64,000 nt of DNA, from NCBI GenBank assembly GCA_030654195.1, contig JAURXV010000156.1:207-64206 (forward strand), read 5' to 3'. Below are positions 54,835-64,000 of the stretch, one piece after another. The notes beneath the pieces are model-generated. The model worked only from the letters and a program-made list of their open reading frames with translations, had not been told where the DNA came from and did not search any database. A program made the translations under genes and the position numbers. Numbering within the stretch: position 1 is the stretch's first letter; the number at the start of each line of letters is the position of its first letter. This DNA is from Syntrophales bacterium (GTDB taxonomy: Bacteria; Desulfobacterota; Syntrophia; Syntrophales; UBA5619).

Positions 54835-56109
54835 ATGTCGGTGAACATGGTGGCGGACCATGAACCCCAGGTTTTTTTGTTTTTAAGCGAACTCCTGGGG
54901 GCAAAAATCGTTGATTCGGTAGGCCGACCCATCGGCAGGGTCCTCGATCTGACCGGAAATATCGGCGGGATGTACCCTCCTGTCACCGATATCCTCGTGC
55001 GACTGGAAGAGGATCGGCGAACGGATATGCTTCCTTGGCAAACCATCGAGGCGGTCAACGGGACGTTGACCCCCCATCCCCTGCTGCCGGAGGATTTCCG
55101 GGAACCGGCGCCCCGATCCGGAGAGCTCCTCCTCAAAGAGACCCTGCTGGACAAGCAGGTCGTGGACACGGACGGGGCGAAGATCCGGCGGGTCAACGAC
55201 CTGCAGTTTCTGATGGCGAACAAGATTCTGTACCTGGTCCATGTGGATGTCGGTTTCCGAGGTCTTCTGCGGCGCGTCGGTCTGGAGAGGCCGATCGGTT
55301 TTATCCTCCGCAAACTCTTCGATTACGTCATGACGGATCAACTGATTTCCTGGAAATTTGTCCAGCCCGTCTCCTCGCCGGATCTGCTGCGGCTGACCGT
55401 TGCCCAGAACCGCCTTGCCCAGCTCCACCCGGCGGATCTCGCCGATATCATCGAGGATCTCAATATCCATCAGCGCTCCGCCGTTTTCCGTTCACTCGAC
55501 GTCGAAACCGCCGCGGAAACCCTCGAAGAGACCGATCCGAAAATCCAGGTGAGCCTGATCGAGGGCCTGTCAACGGCGAACGCCTCCGATATCATCGAAG
55601 AGATGTCCCTCTCCGAGGCGGCCGACCTCCTGGGGGATCTCCCCAAGGAGAGGGTGGAAGGGATTCTCAAGGAGATGGAAAGGGAAGCGGCGGAGGACAT
55701 GAAGGAGCTCCTCGCGCATCCGGAAGAGAAGGCGGGAGGGCTGATGACCACATCGTATCTCAGCTTTGCACCTGCGGTGACAGCCGGCGAGGCCATGGAG
55801 AAGATCCGTCGTGAAGCCGAGGACATGGATCTGATTTATTACCTCTACGTCGTGGACGGCCAGGAGCACCTCCTCGGCGTCTTAAGTCTCCGGGATCTCT
55901 TAGTGGCGCCGCCCGCGACCATCCTGTCCGATCTGATGGATACGCGGGTGGTTGCGGTGAACATCGAGGAGAAGAAGGAGCGCATCGCCGACGATTTCGC
56001 CAAGTACGGCATTTTGGCCATGCCGGTTGTTGATGACGACAACTCCCTGAAGGGGGTTATTTTGTTCAAGAACCTCCTCGAAGTTGTGGCGCCCAAGTTG
56101 GGCCGGTAG
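54835..56109 (+). CDS. Soluble PRC-barrel + MgtE-N + CBS-pair protein (MgtE cytosolic module without the membrane domain)
   Basis: Two PRC-barrel-like segments (LLGAKIVDSVGRPIGRVLDL and LLDKQVVDTDGAKIRRVNDL), MgtE_N-like helices (HPADLADIIEDL...EAADLLGDLP) and a CBS pair. The ORF ends with no TM helices. Confidence 0.8.
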   Translation: MSVNMVADHEPQVFLFLSELLGAKIVDSVGRPIGRVLDLTGNIGGMYPPVTDILVRLEEDRRTDMLPWQTIEAVNGTLTPHPLLPEDFREPAPRSGELLLKETLLDKQVVDTDGAKIRRVNDLQFLMANKILYLVHVDVGFRGLLRRVGLERPIGFILRKLFDYVMTDQLISWKFVQPVSSPDLLRLTVAQNRLAQLHPADLADIIEDLNIHQRSAVFRSLDVETAAETLEETDPKIQVSLIEGLSTANASDIIEEMSLSEAADLLGDLPKERVEGILKEMEREAAEDMKELLAHPEEKAGGLMTTSYLSFAPAVTAGEAMEKIRREAEDMDLIYYLYVVDGQEHLLGVLSLRDLLVAPPATILSDLMDTRVVAVNIEEKKERIADDFAKYGILAMPVVDDDNSLKGVILFKNLLEVVAPKLGR

Positions 56110-56120
56110 GAAGACGATGG

Positions 56121-57419
56121 ATGAGGAAGGCGGTACTGAGAATGGTTGACGCACTTTCCGGAGGCATCCGCAGATTCCTGCAGTTCCCGTCCATCAGAAA
56201 ATACTGGCGCTCGCTCGGGCTCTTCTTCGCGCTGATCGGACCGGGGATCATCACCTCCAACGTCGACAACGACGCCGGCGGCATCACGACCTACTCGCTT
56301 GCCGGTTCGGAATACGGTCTCACGCTTCTGTGGACCCTCATCCCGATCACCGCAGCCTTGATCATTATCCAGGAGATGTGCGCCCGGATGGGCGTCGTTT
56401 CGGGCAAGGGGCTCTCCGACCTGATTCGCGAGCGGTTCGGGGCGCGGATCACCTTCTACCTGATGATCGTGCTGTTTCTGGCCAATCTGGGGAATACGGT
56501 TTCCGAATTTGCCGGCGTCGCGGCGAGCCTGGAGATCTTCGGCATCAGCCGATACGTCTCCGTGCCGTTCAGCGCCGCCTTTGTCTGGTGGCTGGTCGTC
56601 AAGGGGAATTACAAGTCCGTGGAGAAGGTGTTTCTGTTCGCATGCCTTTTTTATCTTTCATACATCGTCTCGGGTTTCATGGGAAAGCCGGACTGGAATG
56701 CCGTCGGGTCCTCCCTGCTGAAGCCGACCTTCCGGATGGAAACGGGCTTCCTGACGATGTTCGTGGCGTTGATCGGAACCACGATCGCACCCTGGATGCA
56801 GTTCTATCTCCAGTCTTCCGTGGTGGACAAGGGGCTGAAGGCGGAGGATTACCCGTACACCCGGATGGATGTGATCCTCGGATCGGTGACGGTGAACGTG
56901 ATCGCCTTTTTCATCATCATGCTCTGCGCGGTCACGCTCTTCCAGAACGGCGTCCGGATCGAGAGCGCCAAGGATGCCGCCCAGGCGTTGGCGCCGCTCG
57001 CGGGTGCGTACTGCTCCTGGCTCTTCGCCTTCGGCCTGCTGAACGCCTCGCTCTTCGCCGCCTCGATCCTGCCGATCTCGACCGCCTACACGATTTGCGA
57101 GGCCTTCGGGTGGGAGTCGAGCCTGAACCGCAAGTTCATAGAGGCCCCCCAGTTCTACGGTCTCTACTCGCTGATGGTTTTTCTCGGCGCTGGACTCATT
57201 CTGCTGCCCGACATGCCGCTGATCCGGATCATGTTCTACTCGCAGGTTATCAACGGGGCGATCCTCCCGGTGATCCTCGTCTTCATGCTGTTGCTGGTGA
57301 ACGACCGGCGGATCATGGGGAAATACACGAACGGCCCCGTCATGAACATCCTCTCCTGGCTGACCGTCGCGGTTCTCACCTTCCTTTCGCTGGCCATGCT
57401 GGTCTTCACGCTGATCTGA
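56121..57419 (+). CDS. NRAMP-family transporter with non-canonical metal-site motifs (NRAMP-related Mg2+ transporter-like)
   Basis: 11-12 TM helices. TM1 reads GPGIITSNVDNDAGGITTYS where canonical NRAMP has DPGN. TM6 reads GTTIAPWMQFYLQSS where canonical NRAMP has MPH. Confidence 0.88.
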   Translation: MRKAVLRMVDALSGGIRRFLQFPSIRKYWRSLGLFFALIGPGIITSNVDNDAGGITTYSLAGSEYGLTLLWTLIPITAALIIIQEMCARMGVVSGKGLSDLIRERFGARITFYLMIVLFLANLGNTVSEFAGVAASLEIFGISRYVSVPFSAAFVWWLVVKGNYKSVEKVFLFACLFYLSYIVSGFMGKPDWNAVGSSLLKPTFRMETGFLTMFVALIGTTIAPWMQFYLQSSVVDKGLKAEDYPYTRMDVILGSVTVNVIAFFIIMLCAVTLFQNGVRIESAKDAAQALAPLAGAYCSWLFAFGLLNASLFAASILPISTAYTICEAFGWESSLNRKFIEAPQFYGLYSLMVFLGAGLILLPDMPLIRIMFYSQVINGAILPVILVFMLLLVNDRRIMGKYTNGPVMNILSWLTVAVLTFLSLAMLVFTLI

Positions 57420-57421
57420 CA

Positions 57422-57542
57422 GGCTGTTGAAAAACGCCCATCTGCTGCGTTTCACTCATCCTTCGCCGTTCAACGTACCGGAAGGTACGCCTCACGGCTC
57501 AGGATTTCGGGGGCCTTGCATCTGGCCATTTTTGAACAGCGC
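57422..57542. repeat. Long-hairpin interspersed element of about 120 nt, copy 2 (same family as 12116-12236)
   Basis: Terminal arms GCTGTTGAAAAACGCCCATCTGC and GCATCTGGCCATTTTTGAACAGC are complementary. Central hairpin CGTACC-GGAA-GGTACG. Confidence 0.75.
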
Positions 57543-57558
57543 GTAATTCTAACATGCT

Positions 57559-57599
57559 GGACGAAAAAGGCCGCGCTGCGGGCGCGGCCTTTTTCGTCC
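57559..57599. terminator. Bidirectional intrinsic terminator between the NRAMP gene and lepB
   Basis: GGACGAAAAAGGCCGCGC-TGCGG-GCGCGGCCTTTTTCGTCC: a GC stem flanked by A5 and T5. Confidence 0.7.
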
Positions 57600-57624
57600 A
57601 GATCAGCAGGCAATGTGCACCGGT

Positions 57625-58236
57625 TCAATGCAGGATCGATCCGATCCGACCCAGGCGTACGCCGTGATTCTCCTGGTTCCATGACCAGTAGATGATCAGC
57701 GCTTTGCCCAGGACGTCCTTCATCGGGACGAATCCCCAGAAACGGCTGTCGTAACTCTCATCCCGGTTGTCTCCCATGACGAAGAGGAAACCTTCCGGCA
57801 CCGTGACCGGTCCGAAGTTGTCGCGGGGCTGGACGGCGCCCGGGATGATCAGGTTGTCCACATAGACCCCGCGGGTGTCGCTCCATGGGAGGCCGTTCAG
57901 AAGGATATTTTTGTTCCGGATCTCGATGGTGTCTCCCGGCAGGCCGATCAGGCGCTTGATGAAATCTTTTGAGCGGTCCTCGGGATAGATAAAGACCACG
58001 ATGTCCCCCCGCTTGGGCGTCCCGATGGGGATCAGCGTGGAACGGACCCAGGGGAGACGGATCCCGTAGTTGAATTTGCTCACTAAGATGTGATCGCCGA
58101 TCAGCAGCGTCGGCTTCATCGAACCGGAGGGAATCTTGTAGGCCTGAATCACGAAGGTTCGTATGAAAAAAGCGATCGCGACGGCCAGGAGGATCGCCTC
58201 GATATATTCCCGCAGTTTCGATTTCGGTTTGCTCAT
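57625..58236 (-). CDS. lepB: Signal peptidase I
   Basis: Catalytic Ser box IPSGSMKPTL, Lys box, and GDNRDESYDSR box E. Confidence 0.93.
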   Translation of the reverse strand: MSKPKSKLREYIEAILLAVAIAFFIRTFVIQAYKIPSGSMKPTLLIGDHILVSKFNYGIRLPWVRSTLIPIGTPKRGDIVVFIYPEDRSKDFIKRLIGLPGDTIEIRNKNILLNGLPWSDTRGVYVDNLIIPGAVQPRDNFGPVTVPEGFLFVMGDNRDESYDSRFWGFVPMKDVLGKALIIYWSWNQENHGVRLGRIGSILH

Positions 58237-58246
58237 TTAGGTTTCC

Positions 58247-58759
58247 TTAGTTATAAACGCTGGACAATGTAATGACGATCATGATCAGCGCAAAGCCGCC
58301 CTTCACGCAGATCCCCGCGGCCCGTCCCAGGACCGCCCCCCACGCCGCCCGGAGCGACGGTTTCAGTCTGTTTCGGCGGAGAAGCTCGACGGTCAGGACG
58401 CCGGCGAACCCGCCGAAGAATCCCCCGGCGACGGCGCCCAAGCCGAGAAGGAACGGCGCCATCAGCGCGGCCCCGATCAGACCGCCGATGATTGAGGCCC
58501 AGAACGCCTTCCGGGAGGCGCCGAACTTGACGGCGCCCGCCATCCCGACGGCAAAATCCGCGAGTTCCGCAAGGATCGAGAGAACGAGCAGCGTGACGAG
58601 GATCTTGAAACCGATCCTTTCAAACCCGGTAACGGCTGCATAGATGACCGCATCGATCAGGATGATGACGGTCCCCGGAAGGCCGAAAAGGATGGAGAAG
58701 GCGCCGAACAGCAGCACCAGGATGAACAGGGTCACTCCTCCGATCTCCAGGGGGGTCAA
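58247..58759 (-). CDS. Small polytopic membrane protein (DUF456-like)
   Basis: Four Gly/Ala-rich TM helices (FGLPGTVIILIDAV..., GGLIGAALMAPFLLGLGAVAGGFFGGFAG). The family call is tentative. Confidence 0.6.
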   Translation of the reverse strand: MTPLEIGGVTLFILVLLFGAFSILFGLPGTVIILIDAVIYAAVTGFERIGFKILVTLLVLSILAELADFAVGMAGAVKFGASRKAFWASIIGGLIGAALMAPFLLGLGAVAGGFFGGFAGVLTVELLRRNRLKPSLRAAWGAVLGRAAGICVKGGFALIMIVITLSSVYN

Positions 58760-58761
58760 CG

Positions 58762-59673
58762 TTATTTTTTCCTCTTCAATTCCGTCGGTTTGATCTTTTC
58801 GAAAAGAAGCACGATCGGACTCGCGATGAAGACGGTCGAATAGACGCCGGCGACGGTCCCCACGAGGAGCGCGAAGGTGAAATCGTGGATCACGGCCCCC
58901 CCGAAAAAGAAGAGGACGACCAAAACCATGATGACCGTCAGGGATGTCAGGATGGTTCGGCTGAGGGTCTGGTTCACGCTCGCATTGATCACCTCGTTGA
59001 GGCTCTGCCGGATGTTTTTGCGCGCATTTTCACGGATCCGGTCGAAGATGACGATCGTGTCGTTGATCGAGTAGCCGATGATCGCCAGCAGCGCCGCCAC
59101 GATGTTCAGGTCGAATTCCTTGTTGAAGAGGGAGAGAAACGTAATCGTCACCAGCACGTCGTGAACCAGCGCGATGATCCCGCCCAGCGCGTAGCGGAAT
59201 TCGAACCGCACCCCGACATAGACAAGAATCCCGATCCAGGAGAAGATGATCGCCAGAATCGCCTTCCGCGTCAGGTCCCTGCCGACCTTCGGGCCGACCA
59301 TCTCGATCCGCCGGACTTCATAGGCCCCTTTGCCGAAGGCGGCGCCGAGAGCCTCTTCGACGCGCGAAGTGAGCGCATTGGCATCGGTTCCGGATTCGGC
59401 CGTCCGGACGATGACCTCCTTCGGACCGAAATCCTGAATGATGCTCCCCTCGAAGCCGATCGACTTGAAGGCGGCCCGGATCTTGTCGGCCGGTGTCTCG
59501 TTCTGGAATTTGATCTGGATCAGGGTGCCGCCCGCGAAATCGATGCCGAAATTGGGCCCCCCGTGCCAGATCAGGGAGGCGATGCCGATGATGATGACGG
59601 CGAGCGACAGGATGACGGCGGGCTTCATCAACCTGACGAAATTATAGTTGGTCTCCGTTTTGATGATTTCCAT
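58762..59673 (-). CDS. secF: Protein translocase subunit SecF
   Basis: GIDFAGGT motif and a 6-TM SecF pattern. Follows secD. Confidence 0.95.
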   Translation of the reverse strand: MEIIKTETNYNFVRLMKPAVILSLAVIIIGIASLIWHGGPNFGIDFAGGTLIQIKFQNETPADKIRAAFKSIGFEGSIIQDFGPKEVIVRTAESGTDANALTSRVEEALGAAFGKGAYEVRRIEMVGPKVGRDLTRKAILAIIFSWIGILVYVGVRFEFRYALGGIIALVHDVLVTITFLSLFNKEFDLNIVAALLAIIGYSINDTIVIFDRIRENARKNIRQSLNEVINASVNQTLSRTILTSLTVIMVLVVLFFFGGAVIHDFTFALLVGTVAGVYSTVFIASPIVLLFEKIKPTELKRKK

Positions 59674-59692
59674 TGAATTCTCCTCAAATCCC

Positions 59693-61294
59693 CTAAATGC
59701 TGATTCTTTCGATCTTGCGATTCCAGACGAAGTGGTCGAAGATGATCCGCGTGACGAAGACGGCGGTGAACATGCTCACCACGATGCCGATCGTCAGCGT
59801 CACGGCGAACCCCTTAACCGGGCCGGTCCCGAAGCCGAAGAGGAAGAGCGCCGCCACCAGGGTCGTCACGTTGGAGTCGAAGATGGTCAGAAAGGCCTTC
59901 GTATAGCCGGCCTCGATGGCCGCCCGCGGCGTCTTTCCCAGACGGAGTTCCTCCCGGATCCGCTCGTTGATCAGCACGTTGGCGTCCACCGCCATGCCGA
60001 TGGTGAGCACGATGCCGGCGATGCCGGGGAGGGTCAGCGTCGCGTTGAAGGCGACCATGACGCCCAGCAGGAGCAGCATGTTCATGGCCAGCGCCACGTC
60101 GGCGACGATGCCGGTGAGCCGATAGTAAATGATCATGAAGAAGAGAATCAGGATCCCGGCGATGATGCTGGCCCAGGTTCCCTTGTCGATCGAATCCTGT
60201 CCGAGGGAAGGACCTACCGTCCGCTCCTCGAGAATGATCACCGGCGCGGGCAACGCGCCGGCGCGCAGAACGATGGCCAGATCGGTCGCCTCCTCCATCG
60301 TGAAGGAGCCGGTGATCTGAGCCTGGCCGCCGGAGATCCGCTCCTGGATCACCGGGGCGGAATGGATGACGCCGTCCAGCACGATCGCCAGCCGTTTCTT
60401 GACGTTTTCCGCGGTGATTCGCTCGAAGTTTTTCGCCCCCTGGGCATTGAATTTGAGGGATACGTGGGGTTCGCCGAAGCGGTCGCCGATCTGGACCTTC
60501 GCTTCCTCCAGCGCATCGCCGGTCATCAGCGTTCGGTTTTTGAGAAGAAGCGGAATCTCGGACCGCCTTCCGGAGGTCCGATCCATCCGGGATTCGTTGG
60601 CGACGACGCTTCCCTCGGGGACGTTCCCCTTGAGGGCATCGTCGAGGCTGTGCTCGTCATCAACGAGTTTGAACTCCAGCAGGGCCGTCCGGCCGATCAG
60701 ATTCTTGGCCCGCGCAGGATCCTTGACGCCGGGGAGCTGGACGATGATCCGGTCCACCCCCTGCGGGATGATCTCCGGTTCGGAGATGCCAAACTGATCG
60801 ACCCGGTTCCGGATTGTCTCCAGGCTCTGTTCCACCGCCATCTTCTTGATTTCTACGGCGCGTTTGTCCTTGATCTTCAGGGAGGCCATCCCCTTTCCAT
60901 CCACCGTCTGCGAGGAGGCGACTTCCAGATCCGGATACTGGTTCGTGAGGATCTTGTCGAAGGCCTCCCTTGATGCTGTATCGGGAAACTCGAAGGTCGG
61001 ATTCTTCTCCTTGGTCCGTTCATGCAGCTTGAAACGGACCCGGTTTTCCATCAGGTTCTCCTTCAGGTCATTTGCGGTCCTCTCCAGCGTGCTTTCCACC
61101 GCCTTGGCGGTTTCCACCTCCAGAACCAGATGCATCCCCCCCTGCAGATCGAGTCCGAGGTGGATTCGGTCCGTCGGGAGGTATTTCTTCCAGGTCTCGG
61201 GAAGATCGGAGGTCAGGGAAGGCGCCAGATAGACGAGTGCGGCCAGACAGAGGACGATCGTGACGGCGGCCCTGATTCTGATGCTTTTAAACAT
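59693..61294 (-). CDS. secD: Protein translocase subunit SecD
   Basis: LGLDLQGGMHLVLEV, large periplasmic domain, and C-terminal 5 TM helices (GPSLGQDSI...). Confidence 0.95.
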   Translation of the reverse strand: MFKSIRIRAAVTIVLCLAALVYLAPSLTSDLPETWKKYLPTDRIHLGLDLQGGMHLVLEVETAKAVESTLERTANDLKENLMENRVRFKLHERTKEKNPTFEFPDTASREAFDKILTNQYPDLEVASSQTVDGKGMASLKIKDKRAVEIKKMAVEQSLETIRNRVDQFGISEPEIIPQGVDRIIVQLPGVKDPARAKNLIGRTALLEFKLVDDEHSLDDALKGNVPEGSVVANESRMDRTSGRRSEIPLLLKNRTLMTGDALEEAKVQIGDRFGEPHVSLKFNAQGAKNFERITAENVKKRLAIVLDGVIHSAPVIQERISGGQAQITGSFTMEEATDLAIVLRAGALPAPVIILEERTVGPSLGQDSIDKGTWASIIAGILILFFMIIYYRLTGIVADVALAMNMLLLLGVMVAFNATLTLPGIAGIVLTIGMAVDANVLINERIREELRLGKTPRAAIEAGYTKAFLTIFDSNVTTLVAALFLFGFGTGPVKGFAVTLTIGIVVSMFTAVFVTRIIFDHFVWNRKIERISI

Positions 61295-61350
61295 GGTTTA
61301 CCCCTTTCAAACTTGACGCTTCAGCGCATGCAGTTCGTAAGACTCATTCC

Positions 61351-61677
61351 TTAGGACGCCTTTTGCAGGACGGCGCCGATGAAATTCCGGCCGACCTTGA
61401 TCTTGACCTTGTCGGCGATCTCGATCGTCACGACCGTATCCGTCAGCGCCACGACCTTCCCCTGGATCCCGCCGGAGGTCATCACCAGATCACCGTGCGC
61501 AAGGTTTGCTATCATATCTTTGACTTCCTTCTGTTTCTTCTGCTGCGGACGGATCAGAAGAAAGTAAAAGATACCGAAAAGAACCGCCATCATGATGATG
61601 AAGCTGAAATCACCGCCGGCGGCGCCTCCGCCGCCTCCGCCTCCCGGAAGACCCATCGCGTAAGCTGAATTCATCAA
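61351..61677 (-). CDS. yajC: Preprotein translocase subunit YajC
   Basis: Single TM helix, then LLIRPQQKKQKE...L..GD.V.T.GG..G.V. Confidence 0.9.
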   Translation of the reverse strand: MMNSAYAMGLPGGGGGGGAAGGDFSFIIMMAVLFGIFYFLLIRPQQKKQKEVKDMIANLAHGDLVMTSGGIQGKVVALTDTVVTIEIADKVKIKVGRNFIGAVLQKAS

Positions 61678-61732
61678 CGTAATATCCTCCCTTATGTTTG
61701 TTTAAAATGTTTTTGTTTCATTCCCCCCGGTC

Positions 61733-63915
<2,183 letters not shown>

Positions 63916-64000
63916 GAAGACAAAACCCCATCTCCGCGAAATCTGCGGCACATAATCAGAATCGGGATCGAAAGTCAACCATTCTTGCAATATGTTACGC

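Overview
This is a dense, roughly 60% GC chromosomal segment with about 60 CDS and 2 tRNAs, almost all core housekeeping. Rubredoxin, rubrerythrin, a flavodiiron protein, indolepyruvate:ferredoxin oxidoreductase, an FrhB-like Fe-S protein and a sigma-54 cluster suggest a strictly anaerobic Gram-negative, deltaproteobacterium-like organism (inference only).

Gene blocks in order:
- xerC/D fragment, then a TPR protein
- kdsA-kdsC-lptC-lptA-lptB-rpoN-hpf-ptsN-hprK-rapZ
- M23 peptidase
- coaBC, UDG, NfeD, SPFH, and a HAD phosphatase
- lepA-hemW
- dodecin, then fmdB-adk
- aminotransferase, acyP, ligA
- HIT, LapA-like, speB, pdaD
- 7TM histidine kinase plus REC-adenylate cyclase
- tRNA-fMet, pyk, thiolase, tRNA-Asn
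- FrhB-like, iorA, iorB, fprA, rubredoxin, rubrerythrin
- mutS
- orphan GAF-GspE/PilB ATPase
- glyQS, recO, pyrR-pyrB-pyrC
- soluble MgtE-N/CBS protein plus an NRAMP-related transporter
- lepB, DUF456-like, secDF-yajC-tgt-queA

I found no rRNA, CRISPR array, transposase, prophage or recognisable defence or toxin-antitoxin system.

The unusual content is repetitive DNA, in four families:
1. A 27-nt GGGGACA...TGCSGCA...TGTCCCC palindrome. It occurs in UTRs and also exactly in frame inside ligA and hemW, and it remodels the 3' ends of kdsC and lptC.
2. Hairpins built from tandem heptamers.
3. A G/C-run-rich element of about 107 bp, present in two inverted copies.
4. A long-hairpin element of about 120 bp, present in two copies.

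The most interesting gene-level observation is an NRAMP-related transporter whose metal-site motifs are changed (DPGN to DAGG, MPH to APW). It is encoded 11 nt downstream of a membrane-less MgtE-type cytosolic sensor module.

All family assignments come from motifs read in the translations. No database search was run, and start codons are best guesses from RBS and overlap context.
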